Shown: positions 1 to 11,600 of the stretch, piece after piece
How positions within the stretch are numbered: the stretch's first letter is position 1
How the letters are laid out: each line of letters starts with the position of its first letter
Origin: Amoebophrya sp. A120
Lineage: Eukaryota > Protista > Dinoflagellata
DNA: 64,000 nucleotides
Reading direction: 5' to 3'
Assembly: GCA_905178155.1 (NCBI GenBank)
Contig: CAJINV010000034.1
Span: 62,001 to 126,000 of the forward strand
Position numbers and translations under genes: made by a program
Notes under the pieces: generated by a model
Databases searched by the model: none
The model's input: the letters and a program-made list of their open reading frames with translations, nothing else
What the model was told of the DNA's origin: nothing

Positions 1-17
1 TAGTTTTGCAATGTATA
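1..17. mobile_element. Right end of an introner truncated by the window edge
   Basis: ttttgcaatgtata matches the family A/B right terminus and is followed directly by coding sequence. Confidence 0.6.
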
Positions 18-18
18 G

Positions 19-390
19 ATGGCGCCGGGAGAGGAGTACGAGCGGGACGAAAAACAAGGCACGATGAAGAGAAGAAAGAAGAAGGAACAGCTTGCGTTGA
101 CGGACGGTAGCGGCAAGGGCGGAGCAAAGAAGAGACAGCAGAGTAGAGACAGCAGGCCCGACAGTCCGAAATCGCTGGAGGATAAGAAAAGACCATTAGC
201 GATAGAAGACCAACATCGCAGGAACCCGCCCCCGGGAAGTAGCAGCTCGAGTAACGCAAACGGCCCACCAGCGCCACCGCGGGGAGCACACTCCAGGGCG
301 CGGCAAGAGCAGCAGGGTGGCCGGGAAAGGAGCGATAGACGGCGGGACAAGATCCGGCCCGATTTTTTTGAGGACGCGGAGGAGGTGTGA
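19..390 (+). CDS. Last exon of an upstream gene, K/R/S-rich hypothetical protein
   Basis: Open frame straight after the introner end, TGA at 388-390, then AT-rich 3' region. Confidence 0.6.
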   Translation: MAPGEEYERDEKQGTMKRRKKKEQLALTDGSGKGGAKKRQQSRDSRPDSPKSLEDKKRPLAIEDQHRRNPPPGSSSSSNANGPPAPPRGAHSRARQEQQGGRERSDRRRDKIRPDFFEDAEEV

Positions 391-2965
391 TGGTGCTGGA
401 ACGATGTTGTTAGTATCCATTAATTTGAATTTCCTAGGCAAAGAATACCAGCAGACCGTGCTGTCATAGCTGCCAGATGGATCGGAAATTGGCAATACAA
501 GGTGAGTATTAACAAATTGATGACCGAAGAAAATAAATAGGATGAACAATATCAATATGTCAACTGCAATACCGTGAGTCAAGATGCTTTACAAAGTTGA
601 AGTTCATGAGCAAAGGTTCGTTGAGTCAGTGTTAGGCACTGAACTGTCATTGCTTTTTGCGTATACGACTGAGAAGGACGAAGCTGATCCTTTCGGCTTT
701 TTTTGAACCTGAGCCTCGAAATAGTCAATCAATACAAGAAATCTGAATTTATCTGAATAAAACTACGTGATGCCTGATGGCGTATTCAAACGCAACCTCA
801 ATACTAGATATGGTGATAAATAAACAAGGAAATTTAGCTTTGATTTTATTTAGCAACAGTTCATCGATAACTTCGGGAAAGGCAAAATCAGTCGGAGAAA
901 GGTCACAGCCTCTCACGACTGGTTCCTTTGTACTTACTCTTCTTCTTTCTTACGTTTAAAGCTACAAAAAGATTAAGATTAACTCGTTTCTGCACTGCAC
1001 CAGGCTTCCGGACACAACATGATGAAAGCCGGTTGCGGATAGAATTTTCCTTTTCCTTTCATTGTCAATCTCAATACTGTAGCACGTACAAGGACTACAG
1101 ACTCAATATTCGTATTGTATCAAATTGAAACGTGAGCTCCATTTTGATAAAATTTTACTTCTATTTCTTCTTCTTTTCCCTCGTCTTTTCACTGCTGGAA
1201 AGGATTGTCGCGAAGGTGTGTAGTACTCTGCATCTTTGTGCAGGCATTTTCGGTGGTATTTGGAGACGAGCATGATCTGGATCTGCATACGACAGATCAG
1301 TTGTTTGTACAGTACAGTAAAGCTACGGTGTGTTGGCTATGCGGCTTTGATAAAAGAATCATTGATGCTCAATGTTGTAGTTTATGCAATGCGAAAAAGA
1401 TTCCCAAAGAAGTCCATTCTGGACGATGTTGGACTAAAATGGTACTCCCGCATGCACCCGTGGACGGAGATTTGTTGACTGTATGTGGCATTTGTTTTTT
1501 CTTTTTCTTGAAATTGAAATTGTAGTATGCGCATGAACCCAACCAGAAGCGTAGAAGCTTTCTGTGCCTGCAGTTGGGACGAAATTCGAGTTTTGTGCAC
1601 TTCGTTTGAGGTCGAGGCGAGAAGTTTTGAGGAGGTGCTCACTTACAGGAACTGAGTGTCTTTTTTCAGAGTGCAGATTTATTTCATTGAGAAGGACACA
1701 GCACGCGGAGCGACTTACCCTTCATGTTGGTGATATCCCCCAGCATTGTGAGGATAATGCGCAGCGGCTTGGTTCGCAGACCTTGGGCGGCCGCGGTGTC
1801 CCTGCCCTTGACCGACGCCATCACCCCGCAAAGCAGTGGGGGGGTCGGTGAGGGTGTGGGCGGCAGCGAAGGACGCAGCCGCTCAATGACCGACATCGCA
1901 AGCCATAAGCTATGGCTTGCGGTCGCGCGGCGTTCATCTTCTTGCGATCGCTTACGATAAGCCGACGACCGAAATGAACGCCGCGCGCCCGCCTTCATCC
2001 CGGACGGCTGGGCGGGTGTGGGCCCGCTCCGCCCGCCCGCCCCCCGGTTTACCAACCCGCCCGGCTGCAGCTGTTGCGCGCGCCCCTTGGGCAAGGAATG
2101 GGCGCGCGGCCTGGCGACAGCAGCCCGCCCCGCCCAGACAGGCAGCGCGGCAGGCGGCGAAGGCTTTCCCGGCCTTTTGTGTTTGCGTCGTTCGTTCCGC
2201 CCCACCGGGCCGGCCGGGGAAGTACGATAGGGCGAACGAAGGTCAGCGCCAGTGGGGGTGAGGGAGATTGGTAAGTAAGATGCCCCCTGGCATTGCTTCG
2301 GCCCCCGCGTCTGGTGGGCCCCTCTTGATATCCCCTGGCCCGGCAGCCCAAGGGGAGCAAGGGCACACGCAGTCGGGCGCGGGGCTCCGGTGTCTGTGTG
2401 GGCCGTGTTGCGATGTGATATTATAAATCTATCATTGAAGGCGCCTCCACGAGCGTGTAGGCGCATTCCGCGTACAAACTGCGTGCTTTGTTCATGATAC
2501 TTCTTTCGCAGGAAACAACACACCACAAGCGAAAAGCAAGCAACGGCGCCGAGCAGGACGAGGCCCGCCCATCGGCACCGTTGTGGAACACTGGAGGTGA
2601 GAGAAGCTCCCCGGGATGCTTCCTCTTGTGAGGAGTTCTTCGGGGCTCATGGCTTTGTTTGTGAACATCAGAGGTAGGAGAGCCGTTGCCTAGGCACATC
2701 GATCCGATATGCGAATTGATTCAGGAAGATCAGGTCCGGGAACCATTTGTATTGCGCTCATGAGATGACTCTCTGACGAGCGTGAGAGAGGCGACAAAGG
2801 AGTTTTCCGCACAGCGGCTATTGCCCTTTTTTCGGGTTGATGTTGGTACTTGTCAAGAATATGTACGTACAAGAATTCTATGTTTTGTTGCTGAAAGAGA
2901 GACTGACAGACAAAGAAAAGCTCCAGCCCAGTCCGGGGCCGCGGCCCGGTCAGGGTACAGTGTCA

Positions 2966-5900
2966 ATGGTTTTCTTCTTTTTCATGCTCCTGTCCCTGCT
3001 TGGGGATCATTCGACCGCCACGAGGGACGAAACGACGGAGCAGCTACCTCGTCTTGACGCGACCACGACCCAGAGCGGAGCTACTGAAGATGAGCATGAA
3101 AAAGCCACAAGCAGTACTGTCACCAACCCGGACGGAACATTTTCCCCAGTCGAGAACAATGAAGAAGCGCCAGCAGACCATACGGACATACCTCATAGCG
3201 ATGAAGAGGTAGACCACGGCTTCTTAGAGGTAGAGCACCAGAAGAACGAACTGCAACAATCAGGAGGGGTGTTTGGCAGTCGTAGTACCACCACCACGAA
3301 TACAACAACAGGGGAAACAGAAGCAGTACAGCAGGACACGACAAATAAAGAAGTTGAACAGCGCGGCGGGCCGGAGCATCTGCTCACAACATCCGGAGCA
3401 ACCCAATGTCCGAAATCCATCAGCCTCCAGTCCCTGGACAAGGCGAGAGAAAGCTTGGTCAAGCTGTTCCACCAGCGCATGGAGAACGTGAAAAATATGT
3501 ACGAAAAGTCCGCACAGTATCCTGTGCAAAAGTATCGTACTCGTATTGCAATCATGCATTATAGATTCTCGTCTTAAGGTAAATCAGCATTACAAATTTT
3601 ATTTCTCATGCTGAGGGAATTTGTCATGCGTTTATACGAGTACGATACTTTTGCAGTTCATACACAGGAAGAGGAGGAAGATGGAGAGGCAGAGCACGGA
3701 AATTCTGGACCACAAGACGAGAAGGAGATCCGCCGCGCCCTGCAGTTTTGCGACTGCGACCTGGACCAAGACGGGCAGTTGACGGTGCAGGGGGGAGGAG
3801 GTGGGAGGGCATCCGACCTGTGGTCTTCAACTTTTGATCATACTAGCGCCAGAAGAGCAACTTCTACATCTTCAGCTGCAGCCACTCTTTCAAGCGGGAT
3901 CATGAACAACGAAGAAGATAGTAGCATCAAAGAAGAGGAAGTAGTAGGGCAGGCACAGCCACAGCCACAGGATGTTGACCACGAAGAGTCGGAATTAATG
4001 GTGATGTCCCTGGGTGGAGCAGGCGGAGGTGGTGAGGATCATGGCCTCCATCATAAGTCACAAGCTGCTGCTTCACGACCTGGAGCTGCTGGCGGCGCTG
4101 AGGACACGTCGACCAATACTTCATCAACGACAGAAGTAGACCACGTGGGCAAAAATGATGGTGGTCAACATATTACAAGTACAGCAGATCATCTTCATGA
4201 TAATGATCACGATTCCGAATACAATAAAGCTCATTTCGCAACTGTCTCCTTTCGGCAGTTCATCACTGCACCGGAGGAGGACGAGGAGGATGAGGATCTT
4301 GACGATAGTACTACTAAGGATTCAGCGGAAATAAAGCAGCAAAAGACTGACGCCGCACTTCGAGAAGACCCTAACATGGTCCCCTCCACCCCCACTTCAA
4401 ATCCGTCGCCAATTAGCACGAAAAATGCTCTCTACAGCACTTTCGCGGCCAAATCCCTTTCCGAGTTCGACCGAGTGATGATAAAAAAGCTTGCAGACTA
4501 CATCGAATCTGGGAAGATTTCCTGTCTAAAAACCGAGGAAGACGCTCTCCACGCGGTGCACTTTCTGACGTACTTTCACGACTTTGCAGCTGACGGTGTC
4601 GAGGGACCACGACAGGATCACGTCGGAAGTACTTCTCAAAACCACAGCTGGAGGGCAAAGATTCGGGAAAAACTCGCTGCGTGGAAAGAGTACTGGTTTG
4701 GTGGATCTCGATCAACACGGGATCTTTCGTCAACAACATCTTCTTCCCCGGCGGCAGAAAGAGCGGGTAATGAGGGTCGCGACGCGAAAAATGAAAAGGA
4801 AAAGCCCGCTGTGGAAATGGAAATCCAGGAATATGTGGACCACATGCGTCAAGAGCAATCAGATGAACACGACGGTCCAGAGAGGATGAGGAAAAGGCAC
4901 GGCGCGGTCGTCGCAGATAGTACTCTACAACTTCGCGGGAGTGAAGTTCACCCTACGCCCGCCGGGGCGGGGGAACGCGAAGAACGGGCAAGCAAGTCCG
5001 AGCACTCCTTCGTTCAGACAGGGACGACGCGGGTGGAAGAAGGCACATATCAACTGCAAATGTGTCTGGATCTGGAAGAATGCGACTTGTGATGCTGCAT
5101 TTGGATTCCAGAAAAATCTGTATTGTATGAGCAGCAAAAGAAATCGAATTTTTGCTACAAGGAGAGGGCATCTGTCATGCGGAATAGGCATCAAGCAGCC
5201 CTCAACAAATCTGTGATGCTAGGGCATGCATCACTTGCATCATGGCTCACGCAAAACGTGCATGACAAGTTTCAGAATCTTCTTCCAGACCCAGACATAT
5301 TTGCAATGCATAGCACGAGTACTAGTACCTCCAAAGAACTACACCTCCAACAAGTTGTGCAAACGACGCAGAGGACCACAACTAGTACACAAGAACATCG
5401 GAAGATGAACAAGATGATGCAAGAACTACAGCGCCTATCCTGAGTAAAAACGTACCCACACCAGAGTCAGGATGGGGATTTTGCAACACAAACCTAGGAG
5501 TTTTGTGAGTCACGCATCACAAGTTGCAGTCCGTAGTGTAGTGCAGGTTCGCAAGGCCAGCTGTATCAGAAATCCATCTGCTCACTCTGTTTACAGCATT
5601 ACAAATTCCAAAACACGATTGAAAATGGTTCTCATGCGGATGCGCATTACAAGTCTTCCTGTCTTTGCAAATCTGCATTACAACTCTGGTGTGGGTACGT
5701 TTTTCCTCAGGATAGCGCCTCAGCCTGCACCGCCTCGCGTTGGAGATTGATTCTGCAGCTGCTGTGGTCGTTTTCGCCGCAATCGTCGCGACTGGGACGA
5801 TATCCTGTGCAAAAGTATCGCACTCGTATAAATGCATTACAAATTTATTTTCTCAGCATGAGAAATAAAATTTGTAATGCTGATTTGCCTTGACGAAAAA

Positions 5901-8036
5901 ATTTGTAATGCAAGACCTGCATTTATACGAGTACGATACTTTTGCAGTTCATAGACGAGTGTGATATTCCGGAAGTACATCAAAAACGCATTTTATTCAA
6001 GGAGAAAACTGTGGATATTACTAGCGTAAATTTCTTGGAGGAACAGCATCACAAATTTGCGCCGCATCACAGCGAAAATTTGCGTAGTTAGGACGACGTG
6101 AAAACACGTACGAAAAGACCCTCTGATGCATGGCAAGTATGGCCACGGGTAGAGCTGTCCTGTGGCCTCGTGTGCATCACAAAGGTACACTCTTACACAG
6201 TCTTTTTCTTGCATACATTTACCAAAATCCCCGGCTGCATTCGGAGAACCGTGTCCCGACGACTGTGGTCCTGGTGGAACCCCTATCTTGTGCAAAAGTA
6301 TCGTATTCGTATTGCAATCATGCATTACAGATTTTTCTGTTAAGTCAAATCCGCATTAGAAATTTTATTTCTCATGCCAGGGAAATTTGTAATGCATTTT
6401 TTTATACGAGTACGATACTTTTGCAATGCATAGCCCCTACCTCTGCAAAGCAAACACAGTGGACCCCCACACCAGTGCGCCAGTGGGCTGCGACGCGTTG
6501 GTGCACCGACGAAATAAGCGGTACCGCAATTTGGGGCAACGCATCGAGTACGTAGAGCATTGGCGCGAGAACAAAAGGTCGGAACGGAGGGAGATGTGGG
6601 GAAAATGCGAGAAGATTCGCGTAAACATGCACGAGGTAAGGCGGAGTCTGAAACTAGAGCTCGCGAAGAAAAACTACCAAAGGATCGAGAAACCAGGGTG
6701 GTTTACACAATGGTGGTACAACAACCGTTTTTATCAAATGCAAATATGTCTGGGTCTGGAAATTAATTTGGAAGACTTGTCATGCAGGTTTTCCATGACG
6801 CGTGAGGTCTGTCATACATGACCCAGCATGACAGATGCTGCCCGACCTCTGTCATGCCTCGTCTGCATGAGAAACTCCTTTCAGCTTGGTCAAAAGCAAA
6901 ACAACTCAACAGCTTTTGGCAAATCACGCAACACAGATTTTTGCACTATCCAGAATTAGCATGACACGTTGCATTCTTCCAGAGGACCCAGACATATTTG
7001 CAATGCATATCTTTCGACGGGAGAAGATCGACTGGAGAATGATGTACGACCCGTGCAAAAAACTCGGGGGCGAAAAGGTTGTGATGAAGAACTTGCTAGG
7101 AACTGCAAAAGTATCGTACTCGTACTAATTATTGCAGCTATGCATGACAAATCTTGTCCTTAAGGTAAAACAGCATGACAAATTCCAGCTCTCACGCTAA
7201 GGAAATTTGTAATGCATTTATACGAGTGCGATACTTTTACTTTTGCGAGTCATACCTGCTCGCGCAAGATTCTGAAGAATCGGTGATACGTCCGTGCTGC
7301 ATCCTTGTGCGATCGAGTATGTTTTTAGTTTTTATTCTTCTGCAAGATCTTTTGGTATGAAGTGTAAAGGTAAGAGTAAGCATTGAGCATGATGATGATG
7401 CCTCGTTACATGCAGAAATACTACTACCAGCGTATTAATTGGGTGCACTTGCACTTTTCCCTTCATGCTGGAAAGTTGAGCACAAAGCTGTAGGAAAATG
7501 ATTTGTCATGTGCAAGAACGGACATGATGAAAAATTATACTGGAAATTAATATACTTCGCAGGCGACTATCCAAGAAAAAAAGTGTGTAAGTGTAACTTT
7601 TTTGCAGGAACAGCATCACAGATTTGTTTTGCACGACAGAGAAAACCTGCCATGCGTAGCTAGTACGCGAAAACACGTGAGAAAATAGTATTTGATGCAT
7701 AACCACCAGGACAAGTGTAAGTGTATTGCAACATCTGCAAGACAAAGTTACACTTACACAGTTTTTTCCTTGCATAGCGACTGGGAACCCGTCTACGATC
7801 GGGACAAGGCGAAGCCGAGAAAGAAACGCCTGATCGAATACGCAAATTGCAAAAGGATCGGAGTAGTAGAAATCGCGTGACAAATTTCGTCAGCAGGAAG
7901 AGAGATGAAATTTGTAATCCGGGTATGCCTTGAGAAAGAGAATTCTAATGCGTGACTGCAATTACAGCTACGAGTACGATCTACTTTTGCAGGGCATACG
8001 GAGGCTGAGGAAGGCGACGAATATCGGGAGGAGTGA
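2966..8036 (+). CDS. Hypothetical secreted/membrane protein, acidic low-complexity N-half; 10 introners plus one probable GT-AG intron (about 7318-7562)
   Basis: Signal-like MVFFFFMLLSLLG at 2966. The ORF pieces join in frame when each element plus one DR is removed (KSAQ|EEEE, EEGT|STST, LQRL|SLHR, WWNP|YLCK). Hydrophobic stretch near 5750-5970; stop 8034-8036. Confidence 0.7.
3518..3662. mobile_element. Introner family A
   Basis: TIR tatcctgtgcaaaagtatcgtactcgta / tacgagtacgatacttttgcagttcata; DR cacag/cacag. Confidence 0.92.
5048..5312. mobile_element. Introner family B
   Basis: TIR tatcaactgcaaatgtgtctgg / ccagacatatttgcaatgcata; DR gcaca/gcacg. Confidence 0.9.
5436..5714. mobile_element. 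Introner family C
   Basis: TIR tatcctgagtaaaaacgtacccacaccagagt / actctggtgtgggtacgtttttcctcaggata; DR gcgcc. Confidence 0.92.
5801..5953. mobile_element. Introner family A, opposite orientation to 3518
   Basis: Family A TIRs; DR gacga. Confidence 0.92.
5994..6215. mobile_element. Introner family D
   Basis: TIR tattcaaggagaaaactgtg / cacagtctttttcttgcata; DR cattt. Confidence 0.88.
6284..6432. mobile_element. Introner family A
   Basis: Family A TIRs; DR acccc/gcccc. Confidence 0.9.
6732..7009. mobile_element. Introner family B
   Basis: Family B TIRs; degenerate DR gtttt/tcttt; frame restored NNRF|RREK. Confidence 0.85.
7097..7254. mobile_element. Introner family A with TAGG left end
   Basis: Family A TIRs; DR cttgc/cctgc. 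Confidence 0.85.
7568..7776. mobile_element. Introner family D
   Basis: TIR tatccaagaaaaaaagtgtgtaagtgtaac / gttacacttacacagttttttccttgcata; DR gcgac. Confidence 0.9.
7839..7998. mobile_element. Degenerate introner family A
   Basis: tacgcaaattgcaaaag...cttttgcagggcata; DR poorly conserved; frame restored LIE|AEEG. Confidence 0.7.
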
Positions 8037-8672
8037 AACAAATAGTGGGTCATGGTTGGAGTTCATCTTGCCGGAGTAAAAAAATCGGATTCTTGCGCTT
8101 CTAGCGGTTCGCCATGAATAAAATCATGACAACTTCTACTACACAGGCCAGCGAAGGCGAACGCAGTAAAGCTAAAGTAAAGAAACATAGTCAATTCAAA
8201 TCTACATGATCACTAGCCTCTTCTTCCACCCTCTTGGCTGTGGAGGCTTTATTGATGTTATCGACTTCAAGTCTACTTCATCTCCGTTGTTTTCTACGTA
8301 TGGTTTTGATGCTGTTCTTCATCTTCCATTTGCTGCTTTATTTACATCGTCGTGACCACAGAAATTATGTCACGGCCTCACGGCCCCCTAGATCACTGAG
8401 GGGATCTGTATCATCTGCACTGGTGTTAGTTTACTTACTTCAATTAGATACCTCCAAGAGCAGGGGGCTCCATGCTGCGATAGTTGTAGATGAAAGCCAG
8501 CACGAATTTTTCTTCATCTTCATCTTCGGACTTTTGAAGGTAATTCCCGTGCTGGGTGCCCGTAAATTGGAGGCGTCGGTCGACTCAATGCGGTTGGAAA
8601 AAATCTGTACTTCTTACACTGAGGACTTTATGATTTTTTGATAATCATAATCAACCAAACGATACGTACAAA

Positions 8673-11600
8673 ATGAGTATGAACACTTCGTCTGCTTTTG
8701 CTTCTGGTGGTTCATCCACTTTCGCCTCCACGACAGCCGCCTCTGCCCTTGACAAACTCACCGCGACGAAGCAGAAGTTGTTGCTGACCTCACTGATGAT
8801 TTTCTGCACCCACATCGTCCACCAATATGGCATGGTCAAGAACAGCGGGTCCTTTCTCTTACCTTCTAGAGGGAGTAGGAGCAGAGCCGGGGCAGGTCTC
8901 GCAGGTGGAGGCCTGCCGGGCACCAGCTTACCGACGTCCGATAGTACCACGGCAGCAGGGGGTAAGAATCTTCAGGTAGAAGCCGCTGCAGCCGCCATTG
9001 CATCCGCCACAGCCAATGGCGTAGCTTCCGCTGTGACCACGACAGCACAGGCGAAAACGATCGTGGGGGAGATCCAGAATAACGTTGCGCCAGGGGGTGC
9101 GAGTGCAGCGACTTCTACACTGGGCGGCACTACGGCAGCCCCTGGGTCGAGCTCTGTTGCGGCGACAGCATCGACGACCCCGGTGCCTAGCGAACAGGAA
9201 CCACCAGGAGCTGCACCAGAGATGAACAAACCGAAACCGCCAACCACAGCTACAAACGGCGTATGAAATGCAAATGCATCGTACTAGTAAGTATGAAGTG
9301 CATTGCAAATTTTCTCAGCATGAGAAATGGAATTTGTAATGCCTATCTGCCTTAAGAAAAAGATTTGCAATGCATGACTGCAATTGCTACGAGTGCGATG
9401 CTTTTGCAGTTCATACGGCGACTTTTTGAACACTTTCTGGACGGGGAACAACGACAAATGCTACCGGGATTTGTATCGCAAGAAAAAACTGTTTCACTGT
9501 GAATTTGTGATGCAGAAAAAGCAACAAAGAACTATTTGTCTTGCTACACCTGCAAGACGTTGGGTGTCTGAGCGTATTTTCCCTTGGGAAACGCGCATGG
9601 CGAATTTTCTCTGTCATGTAGAACAAACTTGTGATGCAAAACATGCAAAACCAAAATCAGCACTGTGAAACACTTTTTTCGTACGATAATTTGCTGGAAT
9701 TCTGCACTGAGTGCGAACGAACCACACCGAACTCGCCGCAGCGAAAGTTGTGTTGCCAAATTAGCTATGCATTGCAAAAGTATCGCATTCGTATTTATAA
9801 ATGCATTACAAATTTTAATTTCCTCAGCGTGAGAAATGAAATTTGTGATGCGGATTCAGCTTAAGATTTTTAAGAACAAGATAAAGATTTGTAATGCATG
9901 TTGGCTGCAATTACTATGAGTACGATTCTTTTGCAGAGGATATTAGCAATCCAGACTCGTCCGACCAGGAGGACCGGTGCAACATACGGACGGCGCCGAA
10001 GTCCAAATGTAACGATCTGGCCTACAATCACCACTTGCACGGGGGCGTCCAAGCTATTGCCCGGCCGAGCATTCCGCAACGGGTTTCCGCAAACTTTCGA
10101 GGAAACAACCCGGCTGTGAACACCGCGCGGTCTAATCCGCAACTCAGCAGCCTCCGGCCGAACCGGTTGGTGCCCCCGACGCAGAGCTTCAGTCCCGCTT
10201 TTGCTTCCACGGGCGATAAGCAGCTGCACGATAGCAGTGGGAAGCGGGTGGGCGGTGCAGCGAAACCTTCTTCTAGATCCACGACCAACGTGATTCCCTC
10301 CAGCTCCACGGCACATTACGCGTACCCGCGACAGAAACAGCCGAGAGGAAAAAGATTGCTGGCGACCGAGGAGGAGGCTGGGTTTCAATTTCAATTGAAT
10401 GAAGATGAGCAAGAGCAGCAAGGGCAGCCGGACGATATAATTCGTGCCTCATCGTCAAGATCTTTTACATCGTCCCAGAAGAGTAAAAATAGACCGCCTG
10501 CTCGTCTTCATGGTCATCTCGATGGAAACGAAATCTTTGACATCAACACTCCGGGAGCGATGGAATTCCTCTACAGTGAAGCCTTCGACTACAACCCCCT
10601 GCGATTTCTTGCAGAAGATTTGGATTTCTCTTTTTCAGCAGACCGGCATGACAAGCGCAGTCTGTACAACATTGGTGATAGCAAGACAAATTCGACTTCG
10701 TCCACCTCTAGCAGATTGTTGCAAATTAACGGTGCGCAAAGTTTCGTCTACGGACGGGAGAAGTTTTACTGCTTGATTTTCCTCGGTGGCCGACAGTTTC
10801 TGAATTACAACTACGAGGAACCGATATGAATCGCAGAACAAGTATCGTACTTGTATATATAAATCGCATGACAAATTTCCTCAGCGTGGGAAATGAAATT
10901 TGTAATGCGGATTTAACTTGTACTTGAGAAAAACACTTGTAAATGAGTGCGGTTAATAAACGAGTGCTATTAATAAACGAGTGCAGATGTATATGCATGA
11001 ATGCGATTAATAAACGAATGCGATGCTTTTGCAGTTCATAGCCGAAGCCGGACAGCAATCTACCGAAGTTGAAGATCTTCGAGAATTTCTACTCGAAAGG
11101 CCAACTCAACGCCGCGAAAGTATCAATGGCGCAGTGTTATGTTGTGTGAAATTATATATTAGATTAGTGCCGCACTCGTACACGTCGTACTCATTGTATA
11201 TGCACTTTTCGTAGTACCTTATTCCGCATGACAGATTCTCATTCTAGGACGAGATTTTTTTCTGTCATGCTAGTAGTGCATGGCCGCGGTGCGGCGCTTT
11301 TAGTACTGCATAAGTGCAAGGAATTCTACTCGCTGAAAGGGGAGAACCACCTGGAACCGGATGTTCACGTGTGTCTAGACACGTTCAAATATGCATGGCA
11401 AAATATATGACTCTCGGGGTCTGGAAAAAATTTGTCTTGCTGATACAACTTGTACTTGCTGCATTTTTGCAGAATGTCTTGTACGGTGTAGCAGCTTGCG
11501 AGGCGTATTAATTCTGCCGCACGTAAATAAACACATGACAAAAAAGATGACCCATTGTTGTTCTCAGGCATCAACACATATCTGTTGTTATGATACATTT

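Noticed and set aside
1684-2526. 280-aa minus-strand ORF, the similar 52170-53156 ORF, or an rRNA fragment
   Set aside because: Explained by GC-driven stop scarcity; no domain motifs and no conserved rRNA signatures.
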